From an uncultured Thermoprotei archaeon (GTDB taxonomy: Archaea; Thermoproteota; Thermoprotei; Thermofilales; B15-G2): a stretch of 64,000 bases of DNA. Positions within the stretch are counted from its first letter, which is position 1. Each line of letters begins with the position of its first letter. The position numbers and the translations under genes are program-made. Positions 29,073 through 39,804 of this stretch are shown one piece after another. The DNA is taken from the NCBI GenBank assembly GCA_965367815.1, contig CBDUKN010000007.1, positions 32,001-96,000 of the forward strand, in the 5' to 3' direction. The notes under the pieces were generated by a model, which had not been told where the DNA came from, did not search any database, and was given only the letters and a program-made list of their open reading frames with translations.

Positions 29073-30659
29073 ATGTTAAGTAAATATTTGGACAAAGAAT
29101 TTTTGTTAACTTTATTTATTCTAATTATTTTGCTTATAGAAATAATAGCATTATTTATACTACCTAGCTTTAAAGTAAAAAAGTTAACTAGAGAAGAATA
29201 CTTAGCGAAAGCTATTGAAGCCTACGAGTGGATGATGCAGTTCCAGATAACTCCTCCCGGCACTCCATGGGGATGGCACCTGAACTGCAGAGACGCATGG
29301 GGAGGACTAGCAGGCTACTACACCAGACACTGCAAGTGGGCAGCAGTGTACGGTGCTGAAAGCTTCTATCAGCTCTACATAGCCTCACACGACGTAGGCT
29401 GGTTCTTGGAACTCGGAGTAGACCTATATAATATAACCGGCGAAGAAAAGTACCTTAAAGCTACTGAACTAGCAGCACAGTGGGCTCTCAGAATACAAGT
29501 AGGGTACAGTTCTTGGCTTAAAAAATTCGAAAAGCGCTACATTATGCCTCAAAAAAGTGAACGCAGTGTTAGCTGGAGATACGTTCCTGGTATAAAGTTT
29601 TCTAATGAGGTCATTGGAGCATACACTGAAGGAATGTTTGTTTTCAGCGGCGAACCACCATATCTTCATGATTGGAGTGAAGGAGTATGCTACGCTGAGC
29701 CAGCACTTTGGGTTGCGCCCGAGCATGTCATACCTATAGCTAAAGGTTTACTAAAACTATACTTAGCAACAAAGAATAAAACATACTTAATGTCAGCTAT
29801 GAGGGCACTCGACTTTATAGCTAGAATGCAGTCTCCTGAAGGCGGTATATACACGTGTTATCCTCCGAATGCCTACGGAATTAGAATGAGTGATACAGCT
29901 AGTGCAGCTGAACTTTTCCTTTATGCCTACATAGTGGTAGGAAACAAAACTTATCTCGAAAGAGGACTTAAGGCATGTGACTTCATGATAAGCAAGCAAG
30001 TAGCTTACGGCAGGTGGAGAGGAGTGCTGCCTCACTTGTCTACAGCTGGAGGTTCTTGGAGAAAACACAGTTATTTTACAGGCGACGCTGCTGAGGCTAT
30101 TATAGCCTGGTTAAAAGCATATGAGCTTACGGGTGAATATAAGTATCTGGAGGCGGCTGTAAGAGCAGCTTACTTTCTTCTTAGAATGCAGGAAACAGAC
30201 GCCAGTAAGCCTTGGGGTACTAAGATATATTCATGGGATAAGCGTGCAGTAGGAGGATTCTACTGGGCCTATGTGCCAGGCTACGGCATCTTGGAATACC
30301 AATTTGTTTCATCAACTACGTCAGCCGCCATAGCTTTACTCAAATTATACACTGTAGTCGAAGAACCTATTTTCTTAGAAAGCGTGAACTTGGCTTTAAA
30401 ATGGCTTCTCGAGACAGAAATATATTCTCCTTCAAACACATACTTAGATCTTCCCGGCTTAACCGTAGTAAGCGATCCTCACGGACTTTATAAAAGCGGA
30501 TATGTCCCACTATACGGTAAGTATTACGATGAAATCCCCGGAACAATGACAGGAGACCCCGAGCAAGGCTTCTGTGTAGCAATGGCTGCCTCCGGTCCCT
30601 GCTACCTCTTCCTTGAAATATACAGATTATACCATAAAGTATATAATCAGCAGAAGTAG
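29073..30659 (+). CDS. Membrane-anchored alpha/alpha-barrel protein (six-hairpin glycosidase or prenyltransferase-like fold)
   Basis: N-terminal TM anchor; repeated Y..TG...YL..A..A..(W/F)...Q helical hairpins. Confidence 0.65.
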   Translation: MLSKYLDKEFLLTLFILIILLIEIIALFILPSFKVKKLTREEYLAKAIEAYEWMMQFQITPPGTPWGWHLNCRDAWGGLAGYYTRHCKWAAVYGAESFYQLYIASHDVGWFLELGVDLYNITGEEKYLKATELAAQWALRIQVGYSSWLKKFEKRYIMPQKSERSVSWRYVPGIKFSNEVIGAYTEGMFVFSGEPPYLHDWSEGVCYAEPALWVAPEHVIPIAKGLLKLYLATKNKTYLMSAMRALDFIARMQSPEGGIYTCYPPNAYGIRMSDTASAAELFLYAYIVVGNKTYLERGLKACDFMISKQVAYGRWRGVLPHLSTAGGSWRKHSYFTGDAAEAIIAWLKAYELTGEYKYLEAAVRAAYFLLRMQETDASKPWGTKIYSWDKRAVGGFYWAYVPGYGILEYQFVSSTTSAAIALLKLYTVVEEPIFLESVNLALKWLLETEIYSPSNTYLDLPGLTVVSDPHGLYKSGYVPLYGKYYDEIPGTMTGDPEQGFCVAMAASGPCYLFLEIYRLYHKVYNQQK

Positions 30660-30666
30660 GAGGTAG

Positions 30667-32520
30667 ATGTATATGTTTGATAAAGCTTTTCAGTTGGCAA
30701 TAATGATTTTCTCGAGCTTAATGATGGCACAGCTTTTCTCTAGAACTTTATTCGAAAAAGAGTTTTACAGAAAAGTAAACTTCCTGTTAATATTTCTTGT
30801 ATCAGTCTTACTCATGTATAAAATAGAGCCAATGCCCTTCGAACTAGCTCTTTCGCTTATAGTGCCGCCCTTTAGACTAGAGTACTTAATGACTTTTATT
30901 CTAGCGTTTATACCCTTCCTTATTCCTTTAGCTATACTATTTTCACGCGGCGAAACGTGGCTACTCGCAGAGATAGTCGTACGTTTTCTTAGAAGAAGGC
31001 GCCTTAGAACACTATTAAATGTAATGACAGTAGCCTTAGTACTCTCGGTACTAACCTCGGTTGCCGCTATATCGCCGCTAAAATCATTTTATGTAATGAA
31101 AATAGCACAGACACCAGCAGAGCTAAAAGAGCTGTGCAAGCACCACCACGTATACATATTGCTCTATAAGGAATATACCTGGATTGCATCTACTGAGGCA
31201 AGTATACAGAAGGAAGAAATGAAGTCGCTGACACTGGAAGTGAAAACAGGCTTCTTGTCACTTTTCAGCAAACCTGAAGCAGTAATAGACTTCATGTACA
31301 CTGAAGGCCTAGCTGACGGGAAAAAAGTTCAAATTCTCATAACCGATACTAACACTTTACAAGAGATCTTTCCATCAAATTTAATATTAAAAAAATTAAA
31401 TGAAAAAACACTAGCTTACGCCAATTCATATACTTTAATAAATACTACAATCAAAATAAACAGTATTGATCGCGAATTTAAGCCCAGCGGATTATTTAAT
31501 TTAACAGAAGTGAAAATAACAAGAGACATAGCTATTCTAACAAAAACTCCTTCAATCTTAATCGACATTAAAGCACTTAAACCAGAAGAGATTTTAAACC
31601 TCGTAGATGCAGGAGCCTTAAAGTACGTAGTTGTCGCAGTAAATCATGCTGTTAGCAAATCGAATCTAGAAAAATTCATTAAGTTATTTTCAAGTGAAGC
31701 GAGCTACCAAGAAAAAGCTCTTGTATACACACCACTAGTATTGCAAATAGATGAAAATAACGTAATGATGTATTTCACTATAGGCACATACTACATGTTT
31801 TCAGGCGAAATAGGGTACTTGTTCTTTGCAGCACTATCAATTTTCCTACTCCTATTTTCAACAATTCTAGGAACTGTATATGAGAGAAGCAAAGAGTACT
31901 CCATCCTAGCCTGTCTAGGGGCAACTCCTAGTAAAATATACCTTGTCATGTTCCTTGAAGGAGCCTACCTAGCCTCCCTTGGAGGAGTACTCTCAATGTT
32001 TATTGCATATCCTATAATAAGGGAAGGGATATCAGCTTACTACAAATCAAACTTGCCTTCAATATTCTTTCTGTCACTAGGCACAAGCTACCTAGCAACA
32101 ATAGCCTCATATTTAGCTCTAAGAATTAAAGGAATACGTGAAGTTACTCCAAGCCGCGTAATAAAATACACTGCGGAAAGAAAGAAAACAGGGGGAGAAT
32201 TCGAAGTACCCATAAAAATTCACGACTGGAGTAGTTTCAAGCATTTCCTCAAAGAAATCGAAGGAAAAAACGTTGAACCAGGAATAAAAGTACTAAAGGT
32301 ATCCGAGGAAAACGGAAATCTAAAAGCACTAGTCGCATGTGGTATAGATAGAGAAGCCCTATACATGTTTACATTAATTTATTCAGGAGAATCTGTAAAA
32401 ATCAGGGTTGCAGGCGAAAGAACATGGACAGCTGAGCACTCCAGATTATATGACCTCGCTGTAAGAAGCTTTAGAAAACTAGCCTTAAGATACTCACTCA
32501 AAGAAAAATTAAACAAGTAA
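30667..32520 (+). CDS. FtsX-like permease paralogue
   Basis: RRRLRTLL TM1 entry, ERSKEYSILACLGA, MFLEG, TPS tail. Confidence 0.8.
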   Translation: MYMFDKAFQLAIMIFSSLMMAQLFSRTLFEKEFYRKVNFLLIFLVSVLLMYKIEPMPFELALSLIVPPFRLEYLMTFILAFIPFLIPLAILFSRGETWLLAEIVVRFLRRRRLRTLLNVMTVALVLSVLTSVAAISPLKSFYVMKIAQTPAELKELCKHHHVYILLYKEYTWIASTEASIQKEEMKSLTLEVKTGFLSLFSKPEAVIDFMYTEGLADGKKVQILITDTNTLQEIFPSNLILKKLNEKTLAYANSYTLINTTIKINSIDREFKPSGLFNLTEVKITRDIAILTKTPSILIDIKALKPEEILNLVDAGALKYVVVAVNHAVSKSNLEKFIKLFSSEASYQEKALVYTPLVLQIDENNVMMYFTIGTYYMFSGEIGYLFFAALSIFLLLFSTILGTVYERSKEYSILACLGATPSKIYLVMFLEGAYLASLGGVLSMFIAYPIIREGISAYYKSNLPSIFFLSLGTSYLATIASYLALRIKGIREVTPSRVIKYTAERKKTGGEFEVPIKIHDWSSFKHFLKEIEGKNVEPGIKVLKVSEENGNLKALVACGIDREALYMFTLIYSGESVKIRVAGERTWTAEHSRLYDLAVRSFRKLALRYSLKEKLNK

Positions 32521-32905
32521 ATACTGCACACATTACCGTCCAAGAAAGCAATAATTTTAGTTCAATTAACTTTAAATTTATCTTTCCTGTAGCCAATCAA
32601 TCTTTAACACACTACTATAAAATTAGTACTAATTTCGGCAGCAATATTCCTATTTTTTGCTCATAACTACCTTTACGTTCTTATAAAAAGACTTTATTAA
32701 AGCAGTCTTAAACTAAATGCGTTAATAACTAAACATATGGCTCCTAGCAACAATTTTCATAAAACCCTTACGACACGTTATGACCCTGAGAAGAAATTTG
32801 ACAAAGGTAAAAAATACTGACGGTTCATATATCTTTTTCGGAAAGCCTTAAATAATTTTGTTTTTCTAGTTAAAACAGCATTTGATACATATTGAGGGAT
32901 AGAAT

Positions 32906-34933
32906 ATGGTGGAGGAGACGAAAGTAAAAGAAGTAGAGGCTCTAAAAGTACTCAAATCACCGCGCCTCATAATCCTCTGGATTATAATTCTACTAGTATT
33001 CATCCCCTATCAAGCATTCAGACTCTATGGATGTTACGGCAACGGAACATCGTTCATGAGCCTAGTGCTCTTACTAACAGCTATAATCGGCTTATTTAGC
33101 AAGAAGTTTAAGCTATCACCTCAAGAAGCAACAATAGCCTTTGCCATAGCGACAGTAGCAGCTGATATCTCAATCTATACAGCTTTCTACGATAATCCAC
33201 TATCAGGCATACCCTTCATTAACCTATATGGCGGACCAAACCTCGATAAAGTAAAGCAGTGGATACCTTCATGGATGTTTATACCTACAGAAGTACTAGA
33301 GCCTGCCAGAAATGGTGGAGCAATGCTCCCACTAGGGCCGCTCTTACCAGTACTAGCTTTCTTAACAATATTCTTAATAGCACTCAAGTTGCTACAGCTA
33401 GCCACAGCAGGCATTATTGCAAGACAGTTTGTAGAAATAGAGCGCCTTCCATTCCCAGCCTTCATGCCAAGCCTCTACGTAATCAAATACTATTCCGAAG
33501 AAGTAGGAAAGAAGCCTAGACTACTATCATGGAAAGGCAACACTCCGTTCTGGCTGGGCTTCATCATAGGATTTCTAATAGATGCTATAGCTATTATGGA
33601 AGTATTTAGCGAAGCTGTCACAGGAAAAACCTACATACAGCTTCCTGCAAGCACAGGATTCATAGGACAGTTCGTAGTTGATCTAAGGTTCCTAGAACCG
33701 TACTTGCCGGGCGCAATGCTGTACTGGTATCCAGGACTAGACTTCGGTTTCTTCCCAGTCGCTCTCTTCTTGCCATTAGATGTAATGGCTACGGCAATTC
33801 TATGGTTCTTCCTATGGTATATCTTCTATCCAGCAACAGTTAATATCCTTGGAATATATCCGACAAAAGTTACCGCAGGACAGCTAGGAGGAGGTGCTGT
33901 AGGAGCATGGCCATTTACATGGGTTGGTCAGATAGCAGTCCCATTTGCATTAGGCCTCTATCCACTAATATTTAGCTGGAGGTACTTCAGAGACTTCTTC
34001 AGAAAAGCTTTTAAGAGAACAGACCTCAATCCATCGCTCCCAGAAACTCTGCCAGTCTACACGGGTATTGTAGCTTTCATAATATTGCTAGCTCTGCTAG
34101 CGACTATAGGCATGCCAATAGTGCTAGCGTTTCTCTGGCTAATAGTTCTGACAATCTGTTGGACAGGTATGGCTAGAGTAGCAGGCGAATACTTCACTCA
34201 GCCACTGGCCTGGGCGTGGGGAGACCTCTACAGAGGATTCATGGGCTTCTCTCAGACAGTCATGGGCTGGCCTAACCCCTATCCATCTAAAGAAGCATGG
34301 GGCACTATGATGGGCATGAGGCTGACTTACAATACTGTAGAAAGAGAGGTAGACAGCACATGGGGCTTCTTAGGCTGGTACAGGGTAGCGAGAGACACTA
34401 ACACAAGCTGGAAAGCAGTCTATATAGCCCAGCTCGTAGCGGTAATTATTGGGGTAATTCTTGCCTGGCCAGCTATCTACGGTCTAGCCTACTACAGAGG
34501 TCTTGAGGTAGGCTGGAACGGATACTTTACAGCTACATCCATCAGATACGCTGCTAGAAGATTTGTGGACTACGGTCTAGCAGGAACAGTAAATGCTATT
34601 AGTCCATGGAACATGCTAAAGATCGGATGGCTCTTTGGAGGCATCGTAATGGTCTTTGCTATAATGTGGCTTAGACTCAGATTCCCATGGTTCTTCCTCA
34701 ACCCAGTAGGTATGCTATGGCAACACCCATGGTGGCTTGGTGCAACTATGCTAGCTTTCGTTATAAAGTACATCGTTATCAAGGTGGGCGGTGCACAGGC
34801 TAATGAGAAATACTTAATACCCTTCGCTACCGGCTGGGCTTTCGGATCAGCTATAGGTGGACTAGTGACATACTGGCCCGAAAACATTTATAGAGCGTTC
34901 TTCAACAGACTCTTCCCGTACTTCTGGTGGTAA
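32906..34933 (+). CDS. OPT-superfamily-like polytopic membrane protein (DUF6785/DUF6784-like)
   Basis: About 15 TM segments, LSPQE, RQFVEIERLPFP, RFPWFFLNPVG. Confidence 0.7.
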   Translation: MVEETKVKEVEALKVLKSPRLIILWIIILLVFIPYQAFRLYGCYGNGTSFMSLVLLLTAIIGLFSKKFKLSPQEATIAFAIATVAADISIYTAFYDNPLSGIPFINLYGGPNLDKVKQWIPSWMFIPTEVLEPARNGGAMLPLGPLLPVLAFLTIFLIALKLLQLATAGIIARQFVEIERLPFPAFMPSLYVIKYYSEEVGKKPRLLSWKGNTPFWLGFIIGFLIDAIAIMEVFSEAVTGKTYIQLPASTGFIGQFVVDLRFLEPYLPGAMLYWYPGLDFGFFPVALFLPLDVMATAILWFFLWYIFYPATVNILGIYPTKVTAGQLGGGAVGAWPFTWVGQIAVPFALGLYPLIFSWRYFRDFFRKAFKRTDLNPSLPETLPVYTGIVAFIILLALLATIGMPIVLAFLWLIVLTICWTGMARVAGEYFTQPLAWAWGDLYRGFMGFSQTVMGWPNPYPSKEAWGTMMGMRLTYNTVEREVDSTWGFLGWYRVARDTNTSWKAVYIAQLVAVIIGVILAWPAIYGLAYYRGLEVGWNGYFTATSIRYAARRFVDYGLAGTVNAISPWNMLKIGWLFGGIVMVFAIMWLRLRFPWFFLNPVGMLWQHPWWLGATMLAFVIKYIVIKVGGAQANEKYLIPFATGWAFGSAIGGLVTYWPENIYRAFFNRLFPYFWW

Positions 34934-35200
34934 ACTAGAAATAGTTTAACAATTTTTTATTTTATTTTTAATGTGTTTTAAATAGTTAGAGTCTTCTTAT
35001 GCTGTATATGCCTTAATTGAGGCGTAGGAAGTATCCTTTACTACAAGTTCTCGTTATGGTTATGTCTAGTACTAGGTAAACCGGGAGTCATAATATGGAA
35101 GCTTAGCTGACACAATTTTAACAATTATTGGGTTATCTCTATTGAAAAATCTTTTATAAGAACATAAATTAGGTTTATATAGCCAAAGGTTTACTGTTAA

Positions 35201-38200
35201 TTGATGGTGATAAATTCAAAGAAAGCTTTTACACTAATATTCATTATAGTTCTGAGTGTAGTGATTGCCACGGTACCTGAAGCAACTGTTTCTCGCAGAG
35301 AAACAATTAACTGGGAGGATCTTGAAGCATTCTTAAAGAACTTCAATTACTCCAAGGTTCTCAAACATATCGAATATTTTGGCTCGCTTGATAGTCGCTT
35401 GACAGGGTATCCCGGTGCCTGGGAAGCTCTACGCTATATATATTCAGAGCTGGAGCTCTATGGGTACGACTTAGTCTATTTCCAGAATTTCACCACAGTT
35501 GTTCCAGTAGTGCGAGAAGCTTACATTGAAGTTAAGAGCGGCGAGACTGTCAGCAAGTTTAAAGTATACCCTGTTTGGCCTAATCTTGTTCAAACATCTC
35601 CTACTGGACCCGAAGGTATCTCGGGGAAGTTGCTCTACTTAGGTAAAGGGGACTTAGAGAGCATCAAGGGAATAGACATAAAAGATGCTATTGTTCTCCT
35701 GGATTATAACAGCGGAGACAATTGGGTGAAGTTAGCCGAGCTAGGAGCAAGAGCTGTAATTTTCATAGAGCCTTTATCAACCAACAGATTCGAGTCTTTC
35801 AATAAATTTGTCTACGTAAATCTTTATTTCCCTAGAGTCTATGTTGACAGAAAGACTGGTATCGAACTAAAAAAACTGTGTGAAAAAGATGCCGCTACAG
35901 CTAGGCTTATTCTAGATTACTCGATGGAAGAGGTTGTTTCAGCGAATGTAGTTGCTTTCCTGAAAGGAAAAGGCAGCACTAATGATTCTCTTGTTTTAGC
36001 AGCATATATTGACGATTGGTCTCCTGTACCCGAGCTCGCTAGCCACTATGATAGCGCCTGCGGTGCAGCAGTCTTACTCGAAGTAGCACGCTTACTAGCT
36101 AAAAGTAAGCCAGAACTCAACGTCATTGTAGTATTCTTTACGGGTCACTGGGAAGGTTTATGCGGACCTAGAGCTTTCGTAGAAGAGGTACTCGAAGTTT
36201 TTGCTGACCGCACATTGCAGAACCATCCAATATGGAACCAAAGTGTTCCTAAAACATTTCTTTCATTGGATTTATCTACTGGTAGCAGTAGTGTTGCCCT
36301 ACTCCACTCAGGCGGATTTTATCACGTAGCAGGTCCCAGTATTTTTGAAGAATGCGTAGACATGTTCAGGGGAATGGATTTCCTTCTAAGAGAGTATGGT
36401 AGGAGTAACAGGCTAGCTGACTTAGTCAAAAAATACTCAGGCAGGGCTCCTGAAATATATTACCAGCTTATAGATCAATCTGGAGGCGCTTACGTGGAGG
36501 CTGGTGAGCTAGAATACTTTACTCCTGTGCCCTACAAGTACATCGCTGATGTAGAGCCATGGCTTCAAGCGGGACTACCAGGCTATACGCTCTTTACTGC
36601 TTTCGACTACAGGTTTACATGGTTCACTCCTCTTAAAGAACGAGTACACTTTAACCCGGATAACCTTAAGCCTCAAGCATACTATGTTGCAGCACTATCT
36701 TACATTTACTCCAACGTCGTAACAAGTGATTACCCACCGAGGAGAGTATGGGGCCCGACTCGCTACTATTTCCCAGGACCCTTCGCCCCATTTGTTCCGG
36801 GCTTCACTAAGATGAGAGGTCAAGTCGTAGTATATTTGCCTATTTCGCCTAGACAGTATGAGCCGCTAATGAATGAAACTATAGTAGCTATAGTGGATTC
36901 AGAGGATCAATACAATATTTTCAACTATATTTTCTTAAAAACAAAGCCTAATGGAACTTTTGTTGTCCATGGTCTAGCCATAGATAGAGGAGGGGGAGCA
37001 AGAACTTATATGGCTAGGCTCTACGTAATTGACTATAAGAACAAGGGAAGAATTCTCTATACAAATGATTACGGCAAATATGGTGCTGAAGCAATATACA
37101 CTACGAGAACGTTCAGTGTGAGAGAAGGAGTCTATGGATGGCCGCAGCCTTTGCGTTTCGTCGTATTCAAGTGTGCCAGCATAACTATGTTTAGTGTAAC
37201 TTTTCCTCAAGGAATGCTTGACTTATACAACTACATGAGTATATACAAGACTCTTCAAGCCCGAGATGTTTCAGTAATAGTTAGAGAATTTACATCTCAC
37301 TCAGAGGTATATCACTATGGTTATGAAGTAGACCCTATGTCTAGGATACTAGTTGTCTATGTCAAGCCTGAAGAGAGAATAGAAATAGAAGTACACGTTA
37401 GGTCTCAGGAAGGGCCAATCTACTTAACAATTCTACTTTTAAATGCTTCTGAAAAATACCCGGAGGGTGCTGGTTACTATCTTAATGAGCCGGGAGAATC
37501 TCTGGTTTTATTAAAGTCTACTTTGCACTACGTCGAGAACTTCTACTGGCTAAGTAGATATAGAATAGACTTGGCTGCGAGGTTCGGTGTCTTTGACGCG
37601 GAGTCTCAGAGAAGTTTGAGGATGCTTGAAGAGTGGCGTAATTTAACTAAAAAGTATTTAGAGGAAAAAGATTATAGTAAAGCCTACTATGCTTCGCTAA
37701 TCGCTTGGGCTTGGGCACAAAAGCTCTATTACTCGTCGAGAGGGCTTATTCAAGGCTCATCTACAACTACTGTAGTCTACTTCGTTATGTTGATCCCATT
37801 TGCTTTCGTGCTAGAGAGACTTTTATTTGAGTTTTACGAGGGCAGAAAAAGACTCTTAACAATAGCGTGTATCTTTGCAATATTTATTGTCTTGATGTGG
37901 CTTAACCATCCAGGTTTCCATTTAGTAGCGAGTATGCCTACACTGTTGCTAGGCTTCGTTATACTAACTATTTCGGTAGTAATAGGTTTCCTACTCTACA
38001 CAGATTTCCAAGGCGTAATGTGGAGAGTAAGGAAAAAGACTCTTGGAGTACACTTCGTAGAAGTGAGTAGATGGGATGTCATGGTTTCGTCGCTTTACTA
38101 TGGTGTAGTAAATATGAAGAGGCACAAGGTTACTTCGCTTCTTACTCTGACAGCAATAGTCATCATAACAATGTCGCTAATATCACTTACATCAATTACG

Positions 38201-39802
38201 ACGCATACTGTTCTAAAAACATTGAGTATTACTGCTGAGCCTAGTTATACAGGGCTTTTAGCTAGGTATGTCTCTTATGATACCTTGCCGGAATCGTTTG
38301 TGGAGTGCCTAAAGGTGTTAAGTGAAGAAGAAGTAGCTAGACGTGCCTGGCTTTATGGGCCTATTGAAGGATCGACTCTATGGGGAGAAATACCTGTAGA
38401 GTATGAGGGTAAGAAAGAAACTGTAAGAGCTATAGTAGGCTTAGATGAAGTAGACGGTAAGGTCTTAGGCATAGAAGCCGCTACTATTTATAGAAGATGG
38501 AGTGAGCTTTTCCGCGAAATATCGCCCGACGTAATATCTTGTATAATAAACCGTAAGCTCGCAGAATTCCTTGGCATAAAGTCTGTGCCTGCGAAAGTAA
38601 AAATATGGGGCATTGACTTTATAGTAGTCGATATATTTGATCCAGCTGCACTCGGTGGAGTAAGAGATATTGATAATGAGCCTATAGCTCCTTTCAATAT
38701 ATGGTCTACTGAAGCAGGGGCATCTGGCATCGTTGTTACAGAGAGGCTTCAGTGGGATACTATTATAATTATTCCCTACAGTGTCTTAGAAAAGTTCCCT
38801 GGCTCTATAAGAGCGAGCACAGCTGTTGTAGGCGAAGACTACACGAAACTAGATAAGTTTGCCAGAATACTCGCGGAAATGACCTATAACATGTATCTCT
38901 TTGTCTCTGACGGAAAGAAAGTGAAAGGATATGTTTCGTTAGTAGGTCTCGCTGCTAGAGGATGGTCATTCTTACTACCGGCTATAGTTATAGCTTCGCT
39001 TATAATGTTCAATATGATGATTTCTCTAGTACAGCAAAGAACAAATGAAGTTAAAACTCTTTCAGCTCTAGGTCTTGCTCCACTACATGTTGTTGGCCTC
39101 TTCTTCTCTGAAGCTATAGCCTATGCGCTCATAGGAGGAGTAATAGGATATACTACCGGTATATTTGTACTCAAGGCTTTGACACCACTAATGGGCCCCG
39201 GCTTCTATCCCAATTACACTTCAGGTGCAGTAGTGTTAGCGATAGCACTTTCATTTGTCACTGTAATAGTACCCTCAATTATTCCTGCCTTCAGAATGGG
39301 TGCTCTCGTAACACCATCGCTTGAAAGAAAATGGAAGATTACTACTAAACCTAGAGGAGATATATGGGAAATTCCTACGCCGTTTAGAGCAACTAAGGTA
39401 GAAGCTCCCGGCGTGCTTCTTTATGTTAAAGAGTTTCTCGATGCTCATAGAACAGAAAGAGCCCATAGATGGTTTGCTTCACTTGAAGAAGCTAAAATAA
39501 CCTCATTTGAAATGGAGGGTAAAAAAGGCTATGCGCTTAAAACTAGAGTAATGCTCTATCCATGGGAGGCTGGACTAAAACAGGAAGTTGAAATAGCTGC
39601 GTTACCAGAAGACGGTATTTCTCGATTCACTGTAGCGCTGCGCCTCGAGTCAGGGCCAAGAGAAGTCTGGATACGTTCCAACAAGGCGTTCCTAGATATC
39701 CTTAGGAAGCAGTTCTTATTATGGAGAAGTATTGTTCCTTCTGAGAGAAGAGAATACGTTAAGAAGGCTTTAGATCTTGTGGGCTTGAAGGAGGGTGAGT
39801 AG
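35201..39802 (+). CDS. Giant FtsX-like permease fused to a PA/M28 peptidase-like ectodomain
   Basis: Signal peptide, SRLTGYPG, PA insert (GARAVIF), AAYIDD, DSACG, GHWEG, LDLSTG, then 3 TM, MacB-type loop, QRTNEV..LSALGL, TPSLERKW. Confidence 0.82.
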   Translation: MMVINSKKAFTLIFIIVLSVVIATVPEATVSRRETINWEDLEAFLKNFNYSKVLKHIEYFGSLDSRLTGYPGAWEALRYIYSELELYGYDLVYFQNFTTVVPVVREAYIEVKSGETVSKFKVYPVWPNLVQTSPTGPEGISGKLLYLGKGDLESIKGIDIKDAIVLLDYNSGDNWVKLAELGARAVIFIEPLSTNRFESFNKFVYVNLYFPRVYVDRKTGIELKKLCEKDAATARLILDYSMEEVVSANVVAFLKGKGSTNDSLVLAAYIDDWSPVPELASHYDSACGAAVLLEVARLLAKSKPELNVIVVFFTGHWEGLCGPRAFVEEVLEVFADRTLQNHPIWNQSVPKTFLSLDLSTGSSSVALLHSGGFYHVAGPSIFEECVDMFRGMDFLLREYGRSNRLADLVKKYSGRAPEIYYQLIDQSGGAYVEAGELEYFTPVPYKYIADVEPWLQAGLPGYTLFTAFDYRFTWFTPLKERVHFNPDNLKPQAYYVAALSYIYSNVVTSDYPPRRVWGPTRYYFPGPFAPFVPGFTKMRGQVVVYLPISPRQYEPLMNETIVAIVDSEDQYNIFNYIFLKTKPNGTFVVHGLAIDRGGGARTYMARLYVIDYKNKGRILYTNDYGKYGAEAIYTTRTFSVREGVYGWPQPLRFVVFKCASITMFSVTFPQGMLDLYNYMSIYKTLQARDVSVIVREFTSHSEVYHYGYEVDPMSRILVVYVKPEERIEIEVHVRSQEGPIYLTILLLNASEKYPEGAGYYLNEPGESLVLLKSTLHYVENFYWLSRYRIDLAARFGVFDAESQRSLRMLEEWRNLTKKYLEEKDYSKAYYASLIAWAWAQKLYYSSRGLIQGSSTTTVVYFVMLIPFAFVLERLLFEFYEGRKRLLTIACIFAIFIVLMWLNHPGFHLVASMPTLLLGFVILTISVVIGFLLYTDFQGVMWRVRKKTLGVHFVEVSRWDVMVSSLYYGVVNMKRHKVTSLLTLTAIVIITMSLISLTSITTHTVLKTLSITAEPSYTGLLARYVSYDTLPESFVECLKVLSEEEVARRAWLYGPIEGSTLWGEIPVEYEGKKETVRAIVGLDEVDGKVLGIEAATIYRRWSELFREISPDVISCIINRKLAEFLGIKSVPAKVKIWGIDFIVVDIFDPAALGGVRDIDNEPIAPFNIWSTEAGASGIVVTERLQWDTIIIIPYSVLEKFPGSIRASTAVVGEDYTKLDKFARILAEMTYNMYLFVSDGKKVKGYVSLVGLAARGWSFLLPAIVIASLIMFNMMISLVQQRTNEVKTLSALGLAPLHVVGLFFSEAIAYALIGGVIGYTTGIFVLKALTPLMGPGFYPNYTSGAVVLAIALSFVTVIVPSIIPAFRMGALVTPSLERKWKITTKPRGDIWEIPTPFRATKVEAPGVLLYVKEFLDAHRTERAHRWFASLEEAKITSFEMEGKKGYALKTRVMLYPWEAGLKQEVEIAALPEDGISRFTVALRLESGPREVWIRSNKAFLDILRKQFLLWRSIVPSERREYVKKALDLVGLKEGE

Positions 39803-39804
39803 TT

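Noticed and set aside
32521-32905. Long intergenic gaps in the FtsX/OPT cluster (also 34934-35200) as riboswitches or ncRNAs
   Set aside because: AT-rich with no convincing stems or C/D boxes; more likely promoter and terminator regions
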